Shown piece by piece: positions 44,201-61,074 of a stretch of DNA of 64,000 bases (position 1 is the first letter of the stretch; each line of letters starts with the position of its first letter). A model generated the notes under the pieces. The model made no database searches and had not been told where the DNA came from. It saw nothing but the letters and a program-made list of their open reading frames with translations. Source of the stretch: Phyllobates terribilis (Eukaryota); assembly GCF_046119375.1 (NCBI RefSeq), contig NW_027362771.1, positions 586,334,001 through 586,398,000 of the forward strand, written 5' to 3'. Both the position numbers and the translations under genes were made by a program.

Positions 44201-44667
44201 TTGTGATCCTGTGCTGTAATGTTTGTATACTCTTTTGTTTACTCCCCTGCCCAGGAATGTAGTGTGATCAGACCATGTTCTTGCATGGTGAAACACGGCC
44301 ATTATACAGTATATAGCAGGGGCACATTTATAAGATTACCTCAGCACAGGATCATTTTTTTAAACACATCTGTGACAATACAACTTATAGTCTTAATCAG
44401 CCAGACGATTAGATTTGTTAAGCCAAGAGAAATACAATATTGTGTTCATGTTGACTTGTAAATGTATGTGTATTTCTGTGGCTGGTCAAGAAGGACACAC
44501 TATTATGTGTATAAAACTGAATGTTGAATTCTCTTTATTTGCAAACAATGATGTTGTTAATATGCTAATGACATATTTTTACTAAGCGAGCTAGATGTTT
44601 ATGTACAATAGCCCCCTACTATACCAACTATGTAAATAGATTAGCTCAAACAATGATACCTGAGCCC

Positions 44668-45405
44668 TGTGAGTAATGCCCTCCCTAACCCCTTACCTGT
44701 GAATGTGTACTTGAACAGACAACTGTAACTATTTTAAGGACATGTGCCTCTGTAGCAGGCAGACTTGAAACAGAAATTCAGAGAGACTTTACAAGGAGAA
44801 TCAAAGATCAGAGACTCTGTCACACCATCAGCTTGGGAGCATGGCTTTACCCAAAGAGAGAGAGATTTGGATTCTACATGACTCTGGCCTAAGGGTACGA
44901 GGCCCTGACTGGAAAGATAAGGATCTGCTCCACTGACCATCAGAGAACCCATGGAAACGTTTGGGGAGACCAAGTTGGGACAATGAAGTCATCTGGTCCC
45001 ATGGATATGTTGTTTGGGGTTGCCAGGTGGGACCAACCGGTCATCTGGCTCCATGGAAGCTCTCAGAGGCCAGGGTGGGACCCTCGGGTCTCCTGACCTT
45101 GTAACTCCATGGACTGCTAGCTTCCTAAGCTTGCCGCTACCTTCATTCTGTGGGGGCTCGCCAGAAGTGGGGGACCACTGGTTGAGGTAGTCGGCCCTGG
45201 AAGTCCCAAAGTCTCAGCTGTTCAATCCCAGGTGGGCGGAGTGGAAGGGTGAGACAGTGTAATGTTGTACCATCTTGGGTATTTGCTGGGACTGTTCTAT
45301 GTATTTGTCAGTTTTGTAGTTCAATAAAGTATTGCCACGCTGTTTTACCCTCACCCTGTGTTGTCTGAGTGGTATTATGCCCATGGAACACCCCGGGTCT
45401 TCACA
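44668..45405 (+). mobile_element. Possible solo LTR
   Basis: tgtga...tcaca ends with AATAAA about 80 bp before the 3' end. No target-site duplication found and the boundaries are uncertain. Confidence 0.3.
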
Positions 45406-46458
45406 ACATCTAATTGTGGAAATTATTATTTCAAGATCTATTGATTAAAATGAACTTTGTTTGTGGGAAATCTCCTTTAAATCAGTCTAAGCTGCGATAC
45501 GGACATTCATATGGAAGGACAAAAGACATAAAATCTCCAAACTGCTCCTCACCACTCATAAACTTCAGGAGGCACCATCAGCACTGATCATTATTAGATA
45601 CTGTTAGGCTGCTCACCTATGAAAGATTCCCTTCTGGGCATCACTATGGGCTTTTAATTGATGGACCAAGATAGAGAAGCTGTGGATGGCTCCGGTGCTC
45701 CCGAACTCTCTTGTGGTCGGATAGACTGGTTATGATAACATCTCCACTCATGGGGCATCTCCACAAGAAAATCTGTCTCCTGTATGAAAAGGTTTGGGTT
45801 GGATTCTCCTAACTCACCAAATATCTCATTTTTCAGCCTTCAATCTCAAGTAGCTTGGAACCTGCAATGGTTCTCCTGTGGATTTCAGCAGGTGTCTTTA
45901 GATATGCAGATTTGGTTAACAAGGACTCCTTGGAAATTCACTTGGTTGACCTTATTAAAACTAAACTTCCCCATAACCAACCATGAATTTTTCAAATATA
46001 TGCAGATCAAACACTTAGTGTTATCTCTTTCTGGGTCAATGAGGGTATCCCAACCAAAGGAATTTAAAAAACTATGCAAGAAAGGCCAGTCAACTACGGC
46101 AGATCCCCCCCGACAAAACACTGCTATATGACTAAATGGGAGCCCGGTCCGGGAGGAGAGCGGTCATCTCACTGCTGGTACACTATCTGGGATAAAGCAG
46201 TTAAAACCTCATTGTACAAAGAGAATCAATATGAGATCTTGATGTTTTGGTACCCCAGAAATTCTCCATAAATTGAACCCCCTGGTCCCGGATGGCTGCC
46301 GGCACCATGGTACTTTGGTTGGGTCCCAAGCTCACTTCCTTTGGACATGTCCTAGACTGGCAAGATACTGGCAGTCGGTCAAATTCCCCTATAATGGGAT
46401 CTATTTGCAGAAGTACCATTGGACCCCACAGTCCATTTGCTCAATATAACCCCTAAGG

Positions 46459-49400
46459 CAGGGATGTCCAACTCAAACACACAGAGAGCCAAAATGAAAA
46501 ACTTGGACAAAGTCACGGTCCAACCAGTATACAGTATAATGGGCCCCACATAGTCCTCCATATAGAATAACAGGCCCCACATAGTCCTCCATACAGAATA
46601 ATGGGCCCATATAGTCCTCCATACAGAATAACGGGCCCCACATAGTCCTCCATACAGAATAATGGCCCCACATAGTCCTCCATACAGTATAATGGGCCCA
46701 TATAGTCCTCCATACAGAATAATGGGCCCCACATAGTCCTCCATATAGAATAACAGGCCCCACATAGCGCTCCATACAGTATAATGGGCCCATATAGTCC
46801 TCCATACAGAATAACGGGCCCCACATAGTCCTCCATACAGAATAACGGGCCCCACATAGTCCTCCATACAGAATAACGGGCCCCACATAGTCCTCCATAC
46901 AGAATAACGGGCCCCACATAGTCCTCCATACAGAAAAACGGGCCCCACATAGTCCTCCATACAGAAAAACGGGCCCCACATAGTCCTCCATACAGAAAAA
47001 CGGGCCCCACATAGTCCTCCATACAGAATAACGGGCCCCACATAGTCCTCCATACAGAATAACGGGCCCCACATAGTCCTCCATACAGAATAACGGGCCC
47101 CACATAGTCCTCCATACAGAATAACGGGCCCCACATAGTCCTCCATACAGAATAACGGGCCCCACATAGTCCTCCATACAGAATAATGGCCCCACATAGT
47201 CCTCCATACAGTATAATGGGCCCATATAGTCCTCCATACAGAATAATGGGCCCATATAGTCCTCCATACAGAATAATGGGCCCCACATAGTCCTCCATAT
47301 AGAATAACAGGCCCCACATAGCGCTCCATACAGTATAATGGGCCCATATAGTCCTCCATACAGAATAACGGGCCCCACATAGTCCTCCATACAGAATAAC
47401 GGGCCCCACATAGTCCTCCATACAGAATAACGGGCCCCACATAGTACTCCATACAGAATAACGGGCCCCACATAGTCCTCCATACAGAATAACGGGCCCC
47501 ACATAGTCCTCCATACAGAAAAACGGGCCCCACATAGTCCTCCATACAGAAAAACGGGCCCCACATAGTCCTCCATACAGAAAAACGGGCCCCACATAGT
47601 CCTCCATACAGAATAACGGGCCCCACATAGTCCTCCATACAGAATAACGGGCCCCACATAGTCCTCCATACAGAATAACGGGCCCCACATAGTCCTCCAT
47701 ACAGAATAACGGGCCCCACATAGTCCTCCATACAGAATAACGGGCCCCACATAGTCCTCCATACAGAATAACGGCCCCACATAGTCCTCTATACAGAATA
47801 ACGGGCCCCACATATTCTGTATGGAGGACTATGTGGGGCCCGTTATTCTGTATAGAGGACTATGTGGGGCCGTTATTCTGTATGGAGGACTAACGGGCCC
47901 CACATAGTCCTCCATACAGAATAACGGGCCCCACATAGTCCTCCATACAGAATAACGGGCCCCACATAGTCCTCCATACAGAATAACGGGCCCCACATAG
48001 TCCTCCATACAGAATAACGGGCCCCACATAGTCCTCCATACAGAATAACGGGCCCCACATAGTCCTGCATACAGAATAACGGGCCCCACATAGTCCTCCA
48101 TACAGAATAACGGGCCCCACATAGTCCTCCATACAGAATAACGGGCCCCACATAGTCCTCCATACAGAATAACGGGCCCCACATAGTCCTCCATACAGAA
48201 TAACGGGCCCCACATAGTCCTCCATACAGAATAACGGGCTCCACATAGTCCTCCGTACAGAATAAAGAGCCCCACATAGTCCTCCGTACAGAATAACGGG
48301 CCCCACATAGTCCTCCGTACAGAATAACGGGCTCCACATAGTCCTCCGTACAGTATAACGGGCTCCACATAGTCCTCCGTACAGTATAATGGGCCCCACA
48401 GAGTCCTCCATACAGTATAATGGACCCCACATAGTCCTCCATACAGAATAATGGCCCCACATAATCCTCCATACAGAATAATGGGCCCCACATAGTCCTC
48501 CATACAGTATAATGGCCCCACATAGTCCTTCATACAGAATAATGGGCCCCACATAGTACTCCATACAGTATAATGGCCCCACATAGTCCTCCATACAGTA
48601 TAATGGCCCCACATAGTCCTCCATACAGAATAATGGATCCACATAGTCCTCCATACAGAATAATGGCCCTACATAGTCCTCCATACAGTATAATGGCCCC
48701 ACATAGTCCTCCATACAGTATAATGGCCCCACCATAGTCCTCCATACAGAATAATGGCCCCACCATAGTCCTCCATACAGAATAATGGATCCACATAGTC
48801 CTCCATACAGTATAAGGGCCCCATATAGTGCTCCATACAGAATAATGGGCCCCACATAGTCCTCCATACAGTATAATGGGCCCCACATAGTCCTCCATAC
48901 AGTATAATGGGCCCACATAGTCCTCCATACAGTATAATGGCCCCACATAGTCCTCTATACAGAATAATGGGCCCCACATAGTCCTCCATACAGAATAATG
49001 GCCCTACATAGTCCTCCATACAGTATAATGGCCCCACATAGTCCTCCATACAGTATAATGGCCCCACCATAGTCCTCCATACAGAATAATGGCCCCAACA
49101 TAGTCCTCCATACAGAATAATGGATCCACATAGTCCTCCATACAGTATAAGGGCCCCATATAGTGCTCCATACAGAATAATGGGCCCCACATAGTCCTCC
49201 ATACAGTATAATGGGCCCCACATAGTCCTCCATACAGTATAATGGGCCCCACATAGTCCTCCATACAGTATAATGGGCTCCACATAGTCCTCTATACAGA
49301 ATAATGGGCCCCACATAGTCCTTCATACAGTATAATGGCCCCATATAGTGCTCCATACAGAATAATGGGCCCCACAGTCCTCCATACAGTATAATGGCCC

Positions 49401-50007
49401 CATATAGTCCTCCATACAGTATAATGGCCCCACATAGTGCTCTATACAGTATAATGGCCCCACATAGTCCTCCATACAGTATAATGGGCTCCATATAGTC
49501 CTCTATACAGAATAATGGGCCCCACATAGTCCTCCATACAGTATAATGGCCCCATATAGTGCTCCATACAGAATAATGGGCCCCACATAGTCCTCCATAC
49601 AGTATAATGGCCCCATATAGTCCTCCATACAGTATAATGGCCCCACATAGTCCTCCATACAGAATAATGGGCCCCACATAGTCCTCCATACAGTATAATG
49701 GCCCCATATAGTGCTCCATACAGAATAATGGGCCCCACATAGTCCTCCATACAGTATAATGGCCCCATATAGTCCTCCATACAGTATAATGGGCCCCACA
49801 TAGTCCTCCATACAGTATAATGGCCCCATATAGTCCTCCATACAGTATAATGGCCCCACATAGTCCTCCATACAGAATAATGGGCCCCACATAGTCCTCC
49901 ATACAGAATAATGGGCCCACATAGGGGTGGCGGTTCTGGTGTCGAGGGCCAAATATAACCACCCTGCGGGCCAGATTTGGCAAATGGACCAGAGTATGAC
50001 CTGTTTG
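46459..50007. mobile_element. Non-autonomous hAT (Charlie-like) element carrying the 30/31-bp satellite
   Basis: Ends cagggatgtccaactc and gagtatgacctgtttg, flanked by a perfect 8-bp TSD ccctaagg (46451-46458 and 50008-50015). Confidence 0.9.
46530..49922. repeat. Second array of the 30/31-bp satellite, about 110 units, with an aacggg variant block and a short internal inversion
   Basis: Same consensus as 7975-16850. Inverted units at about 47814-47891. Confidence 0.98.
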
Positions 50008-50733
50008 CCCTAAGGGGATGGGAAAGAATTAATCTAACTTACTACTCCAGATGCTGACAGAAGCTCTTGGATATTTCTCCACTGGGAGCAGATCAATCCC
50101 CCTCCTATCAGGACGTATTAAACAGAATCTCCGATATATGGAATATATGACGGCAATATGGAATGCAAGAGTGGACATATTCGATACCATTTGGGGCCCC
50201 ATGGGACTACTTGTGGGCTCAATATAATAATTAAGACCTTCATAAGTCTTAGAACCTCCTTCTGTTTTTTTTCCATGGTTGTTGTTCGTCTTTGGCAATA
50301 ATGAGAAATATATAAAGCGGGTCGGGATATGGAGGTAGTGCCGCACTCCAGCGATCCTGTCTAGCTTTAAAATTGTGCTTACAAGCCCGATATCATACAG
50401 CTTGTAAGCGCTGCACACGATCTGCTGTTTAGCATCAGTGGCCAGAAGATAAAACCGCATCAGGATATGTGAAAATTATTTTATTTTCATTTTTTTTCTT
50501 TGCCCTACAAGCCAGAAGCTACGATCAGAGAGTCAGAGACGTGATAGAGATCCCTCTGCACAGTTCCTACTGGTGGGGAGAAATCCGCCTTGTCTGTGCC
50601 AGCAGGGGGCAGTATAATGTGAATTATACATTAATGTCCAGCAGTCTCGCCACATCCGATGATGGGGTCTCCAGTGGGTGAGGGCACTGCCAGGCCGTGG
50701 TGTGACCTGTAGCTGCACAGTCCTGCCTCTCCG

Positions 50734-54387
<3,654 letters not shown>

Positions 54388-54532
54388 GTTTTTGAAGACC
54401 TTCTGGTTAGAAGAAACATATTCCGGCTCCGGAAAAATGGCTCCAGCAATAGAGACACAAATGTCAAGAAAGACATGAAAAAAAGAGGAAGTGACGTCAG
54501 ACGGAATCTTTGAAGCCTGATTGCGCGCCGCC

Positions 54533-54832
54533 ATGTCAGTTGCTGGCAAGTCATGTGGTGTGAGAGGCGTGTTACTATGGTAACGGGTGCTGTGTACTAA
54601 ACTCCTGTATAGGTACAGAGGAGGTCACTGCACTTGGTTACCGCCATTTTATTGCAGCTGTGTAGGTGACAAAGTGACAATTAGTGCGCGGTTATGGTGA
54701 ACTAGAAGTAGGTTTAGACACTACTATAATATCACTTATGACATGTTTTACTTCTTCAACAGCAAGATGGATGGAGGGGTGGAGACCCACGTCCTGTTTT
54801 GCATGTGGGTGCGAGAAAAAAATCAGAAGCCG
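54533..54832 (+). CDS. Candidate first exons of an unidentified gene: 54533..54579 and 54763..about 54832 (MSVAGKSCGVRGVLLCKMDGGVETHVLFCMWVREKNQKP)
   Basis: Strong Kozak gccgccATG, donor tg|gtaacg, acceptor ttcttcaacag| in matching phase, candidate donor ca|gtatgg. No family recognised. Confidence 0.4.
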
Positions 54833-55094
54833 CAGTATGGCTCCTAATCCTTACAGATACATTGCAAGTCTGTAACCTAGGAAACTGTAAATGATTAATA
54901 ACTGTCATGTGACCCGAGCCTAATATTCAGTAATAATCATCCATAGAGCACCCATACATCGCCACTACATGGACATCACACATACTGTACAAACACATCA
55001 CCAACACTGGCTGCATCCATAGCGTGTCAATACATGACCAATACTACATACATTCTGCATCAATGTATTACCAATATATGCGTGTTGTCCATAC

Positions 55095-55505
55095 ATCACC
55101 CATTCAGAATACATTGCAGCACATCACCCATGCAGGATACATTGCAGCACATCACCCATGCAGGATACATTGCAGCACATCACCCATGCATTTCCATTAC
55201 TCATATATTACGGATACATGCACATAGCCTATAAAGTTGCAATAAAGCGTACATACAGGAAACAGTGACACTGACAATACAGCATCCATACATTACTAAT
55301 ATAGCACCCATACAATACTAATACAGCACCCATACATTACTAATATAGCATATATACAGCACCCATACAATACTAATACAGCACCCATACATTACTAATA
55401 TAGCACCCATACAATACTAATGTAGCACCCATACATTACTAATACAGCACCCATACATTACTAATACAGCACACATACAGCACTCATGCATTACTAATAC
55501 AGCCC
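55095..55505. repeat. Short tandem clusters: 28-bp x3 (cattgcagcacatcacccatgcaggata) and about 22-bp degenerate (cagcacccatacattactaata)
   Basis: Direct reading. Confidence 0.8.
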
Positions 55506-58261
55506 CACACATTGTTGCTGTGACGTGCGGTTTCGGTACGTGGCAGCCTGTATCCCCGGCTGCGTACAAGAATGTCAGCAGTGCGGAGAATGGGAGCAGA
55601 GAGCCGGGCGGAGGGTGCGCCTGCAAACAAAACCCTAAAATATGCCCCAACAAAAACAGGCACCAAGGGAATGACACCACAGACAATACCCACAGGAGGG
55701 CGGGAGCCCAGAGATAACAGCTCATTAGTCATCTGGGCCGGCACATACCTGAGAATATTATTTCTGCTCCCACCTCACATTCTCCGAGTCGCTCTTTATA
55801 GTAACTACTTCCATCACAACTTATTCTCTGATTGCATCCAAAGCTGCGTTCAGAATTACACATAGACCGCAGGTTATCTGCACCCTAAAGCCACTCATTA
55901 CTGATGTAATCACTTTGCTACCAATTTTGCTGTATCCTGTTTAGTGTATAGGGGGCTTCTGCCAAGCTATGTGTTTCCATGGTTACAGACCGTAAGCAAG
56001 CTCTGTTTGTAGTCAGATCTGAGTGCAGCCTTCTTCCATCTGCCTCCTGTGTGTAGATTAGCAGGACGACAGGGCAGAGTAAAGCGCGACAGCAGGGTCT
56101 GACGACACACGGTTTGTTTGTAGTCTGTTACCATGGAGACAGTCGGTAGTTATTTACATCCAATAAAGTTATAGTAATACTCTCAACCTTCTTATATAAT
56201 GATTATAGTCGGAGATTTAAAGTCCTATTAACTTCTCCTCTGCATTTACAGATGTAAGAGTCACAGGTTCAGCCTGCGAGAAAAGACGTCTTCGAAACTT
56301 ACCCCCAGTTACACGATTTAAGGGTATGTCTACATATGTGATTATTTCACTCCAATGTTTAGAACATCAAAAAAAGAGGAAAAATTGCAAGTAGTTTTGC
56401 TAAAAGAAAAAAACAACACTCTTATTACTGTTTTCAGTACACGCAACTCCAATGTGTTTCTATGGGTACAGACTACAAATAAAGTAGTCAGAGCTCCGCT
56501 CCTGTTATTCAGTTTACAGGATTCTGTACTTTTCTCTACTCGTTATGAATATAGAAGCATGAAATTTATTATGCTTGATTTCGGCGTTCTCTTGGTTCCC
56601 TACATGTAGCCTTAGATTGACATTGTCATAAAGGGGTTTATAGTTGTATAGATCAAAGGCCGGGGGCACGGGATCACTGCCCGCGCCCCCTCCCTATGCT
56701 GTTAATAGATAATTGAAGCAGGTTATCTGATGGAGAGCAGACATGGAGTGTTTACAGAGAGTAATTAACAAGTACCTGACAGTTATGGAAGGGCAAACTG
56801 CGACTGTATACATCCTAATTACCAAAGAAGTACTAATCAAGCAAGATGAGGACACCAGCCTCTATTATTCCATCTTTTATTACCTTTTTGAGCACTGTAC
56901 TTCTTTTTATATATTAAATCTAAAATGTAATAACTTTGTTCCTTGCTGCTCCAAACATCCCTACAAACCCTGAGGAGGGCAAGTGTAGCGTGGTTGTGTT
57001 ACCCTGTGTATGCCAGAGTGCAAGAAGAAGAATACCTGTCAAGTGCTCTGGAAAGCTGGGTGTCGTGTGTGCTGGTGTGTGACCCAGTGCAGGCATCTCC
57101 TGGCCTATCAAAATGGTGGGTTCCCTACATGTAGCCTTAGAATGACATTGTCATAAAGGGAATTATAGTTATACGGATCAAAGGCAGGGGGTACGGGATC
57201 GGATCACTGCCCCCATCCCCAGCGCTGTTTACACATAAAACAAGCAGGTTATCTGATGGAGAGCAGACATGGAGTGTGCGCACAGAACTAGGTGTAGGTG
57301 TGAGAACTGGTTGTGTCGTGCACTTATCTCATTGCCAGACTACTATGATAGGTGAGTTGACGAGTGAGTGGGACGCGGGGTCCCCCTTTACAGTAGCATC
57401 CGAGGCTCGGGTGTCGAGTGAATGGGATGTTCCTGACAAATTGTTGATCCTGCCAGACATAAAATCTCTTTTTTTTATCACCCAGCCCATGTCAGTGTCA
57501 ATCTGTACTGCAGTTCTGTGCCAGGCTCTGCTGGGATTTGTAGTTTCCCTGCGTATGGCATTACAGCTTGGATTCCCAGTATCTGACAACGCCTCTCCCT
57601 CTGTAAACAGTGACATGTAATGGGCAGCGAGCAGCAGCTAATTCTTCTGATGGCAAAGGTCGTATTTACACCAGCCTGGAAATCTCTTATCCCGTCATCT
57701 GCTATCAATCCTGTGCTGGGAGCAAGTGGCGGATTATCAGATTTTCTTCAGGCCGGATTAGCAGCGTTCTCCTGCGCCATACATTTTTATTGGGCTGCAT
57801 TCAAACGTGGTGATGCTTCCCATTATTTGGGCCTCCCGGATCTAGACACCTTCTAGTTGGGGAGTAACCTGTGACATTTTAAAGCTTATTGAAACTATTG
57901 AGCAACAATTTCCTCAAAAAAGACAGAAGTAAAACAAAAGAGGGGAAAAATGCATCTTTGAGTTTATTGCACAGTTGCGAAATATCCTGCACAATTTTAC
58001 TGAATTTAGCGCCAAGTCCGGCGGTGCAAAAAAAAGAAGAAAGACTAGACAAAAAAAAAAGGCTTTAAAATAACCCCCCTCATCCCCGCAAATGATGAAC
58101 CGGAGTCTAGCCTAGATTCACATTATCCAAAATTAGGCAGTTCCCAAAAAAAGAAGAGTTTCTAAAATAATCTTCCCCTCCAAGTCAAATCAGTAAAAAC
58201 AGACCCTGGCGGTAACATGGGATCCTTTTCGGAAAAGCTGGCAAATCGTGCAGGTTAACTC

Positions 58262-59152
58262 TAGAGTTGGTGGGAGTCGATTTCATCGGCCACGACAGTA
58301 ATCTGTTCCCCAGTACGGGAGCCGTTAGAGTCGCCTGTTATCTGACGGTACCCGTGACTCTTCTTATGGTGCAACGTCACATGTGGTCACCACACAACAA
58401 TGACGTCACGCCACAACAATGACATCACCCCACAACAATGACATCATGCCACAACATTGACATCACCCTACAACAATGACATCACCCCACAACAATGACA
58501 TCACGCCACAACAATGACATCACGCCACAAGAATGACATCACGCCACAACAATGACATCACCCCACAACAATGACATCACGCCACAACAATGACATCACG
58601 CCACAACAATGACATCATGCCACAACAATGACATCACGTCACAACAATGACATCACCCCACAACAATGACATCACCCCACAACAATGACATCACGCCACA
58701 ACAATGACATCACGCCACAACAATGACATCACCCCACAACAATGACATCACGCCACAACAATGACATCACCCCACAACAATGACATCACGCCACAACAAT
58801 GACGTCACGCCACAACAATGACATCACCCCACAACATTGACATCACCCTACAACAATGACATCACCCCACAACAATGACGTCACGCCACAACAATGACAT
58901 CACCCCACAACAATGACATCACGCCAAAACATTGACATCACCCTACAACAATGACATCACCCCACAACAATGACATCACACCACAACAATGACATCACGC
59001 CACAACAATGACATCACGCCAGGCCGGCTAATTAAAAGAAGATTCGCGGATGTCGTCAGGTAACAGGCGGTTCTCTCGCTCCCTTCCAGCAGCCAAGGAT
59101 TCCTTTTGTGGCCGATGGACCTGCTATGGCGAATTGATTCTCACCAACTTAA
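58262..59152. mobile_element. hAT-type MITE (tagagttggtggg termini) with an internal 19-bp array
   Basis: Ends tagagttggtggg and ctcaccaacttaa. Left flank gttaactc; right flank reconstructs to gttaactt after removing the T2 insertion. A related left end is at about 26051. Confidence 0.7.
58390..59020. repeat. 19-bp tandem array (tcacgccacaacaatgaca), about 33 copies
   Basis: Period 19 (58501 and 58520). Confidence 0.96.
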
Positions 59153-59157
59153 GTTAA

Positions 59158-59596
59158 AGGGGTTATCCAGGACTAAATTATTTTTTTAATATGAGCCAAA
59201 ACACTAACCAGCTGGTAGTTGCTATCTATGTGCCTGTTTTATCCGGCACAGAATGGTCACTGACCGCTCCTGCCGGCAACTCAGCTGCTCCATGTCAGCA
59301 GAGCTGCTCTTCTTCTTCTGGGCTGCTCTGTCGACAGGGTGTGACTGCCGACATCATGCTGATTGACAGCGAGCTCCCTGCAGTTAGGCAGCGGGGAGCT
59401 GGCGTTCAATCAGCATGACATTGGCAATCACACCCGATCAACAGAGCAGAGCGGGAGCTGCAGAATCACCGGCAGGAGCGGGCTGTGACCATTCTGAGCC
59501 GGCAGAGATCGGCACCGGGCACAACAGACCGGTAGGTAGCAAATACCTGCCTGTTAGCCCCGTAGTAAAAAAAGAAAATAGTGCTGGATAACCCCT
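59158..59596. mobile_element. T2/Kolobok-type MITE
   Basis: TTAA-aggggttatccag at the left end and ctggataacccct-aa at the right end. Confidence 0.8.
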
Positions 59597-59604
59597 AACT
59601 TTTG

Positions 59605-61074
59605 TGTTTTCATTGGCTGTAAGCCATAATCACCAACATTAACAGAAATAAACACTTGGAATAGATCACTCTGTGTGTAATGACTCTATATAATAGATCA
59701 CTCTGTGTGTAATGACTCTATATAATAGATCCCTCTGCGTGTAATGACTCTATATAATAGATCCCTCTGTGTGTAATGACTCTATATAATAGATCCATCT
59801 GTGTGTAATGACTCTATATAATAGATCCCTGTGTGTAATGACTCTATATAATAGATCCCTCTGTGTGTAATGACTCTATATAATAGATCCCTCTGTGTGT
59901 AATGACTCTATATAATAGATCACTCTGTGTGTAATGACTCTATATAATAGATCCCTCTGTGTGTAATGACTCTATATAATAGATCCCTCTGTGTGTAATG
60001 ACTCTATATAATAGATCCCTCTGTGTAATGACTCTATATAATACATCCCTCTGTGTGTAATGACTCTATATAATAGATCCCTCTGTGTGTAATGACTCTA
60101 TATAATAGATCACTCTGTGTGTAATTACTCTATATAATAGATCCCTCTGTGTGTAATGACTCTATATAATAGATCACTGTGTGTAATGACTCTATATAAT
60201 AGATCACTCTGTGTGTAATGACTCTATATAATAGATCCCTCTGTGTGTAATGACTCTATATAATAGATCCCTCTGCGTGTAATGACTCTATATAATAGAT
60301 CCCTCTGTGTGTAATGACTCTATATAATAGATCCCTCTGTGTGTAATGACTCTATATAATAGATCCATCTGTGTGTAATGACTCTATATAATAGATCCCT
60401 GTGTGTAATGACTCTATATAATAGATCCCTCTGTGTGTAATGACTCTATATAATAGATCCCTCTGTGTGTAATGACTCTATATAATAGATCACTCTGTGT
60501 GTAATGACTCTATATAATAGATCCCTCTGTGTGTAATGACTCTATATAATAGATCCCTCTGTGTGTAATGACTCTATATAATAGATCCCTCTGTGTAATG
60601 ACTCTATATAATACATCCCTCTGTGTGTAATGACTCTATATAATAGATCCCTCTGTGTGTAATGACTCTATATAATAGATCACTCTGTGTGTAATTACTC
60701 TATATAATAGATCCCTCTGTGTGTAATGACTCTATATAATAGATCACTGTGTGTAATGACTCTATATAATAGATCACTCTGTGTGTAATGACTCTATATA
60801 ATAGATCCCTCTGTGTGTAATGACTCTATATAATAGATCCCTCTGCGTGTAATGACTCTATATAATAGATCCCTCTGTGTGTAATGACTCTATATAATAG
60901 ATCCCTCTGTGTGTAATGACTCTATATAATAGATCCCTCTGTGTGTAATGACTCTATATAATAGATCCCTCTGTGTGTAATGACTCTATATAATATAGGA
61001 GTTTCACTTTTTGTATTGAAGAACTGAAATAAATGAACTTTTTGATGATATTCTAATTTAGTGAGATGCACCTG
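59605..61074. mobile_element. Single Tc1 terminal segment (caggtgcatctca-type TIR) containing a 32-bp array
   Basis: Ends ...gatattctaatttagtgagatgcacctg-TA. The other terminus was not found. Confidence 0.75.
59655..60995. repeat. 32-bp tandem array (atagatccctctgtgtgtaatgactctatata), about 41 copies, with a 570-bp higher-order duplication
   Basis: Period 32. Variants atacatccct (60041 and 60611) and gtaattactc (60121 and 60691) are both offset by 570. Confidence 0.97.

Larger units (their letters stand above)
45780..50520 (-). mobile_element. Highly decayed L1-clade LINE ORF2 3' region, interrupted by the hAT element at 46459-50007
   Basis: Broken minus-strand ORFs on both sides of the insertion resemble L1 C-terminal segments (DWPFLHSFL...LIDP...FNKVNQV; YLLATDAKQ). 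Similarity is weak. Confidence 0.4.

Noticed and set aside
46379-49983. Similar long ORFs in the second array
   Set aside because: Same satellite artefact, bounded by hAT ends and a TSD.
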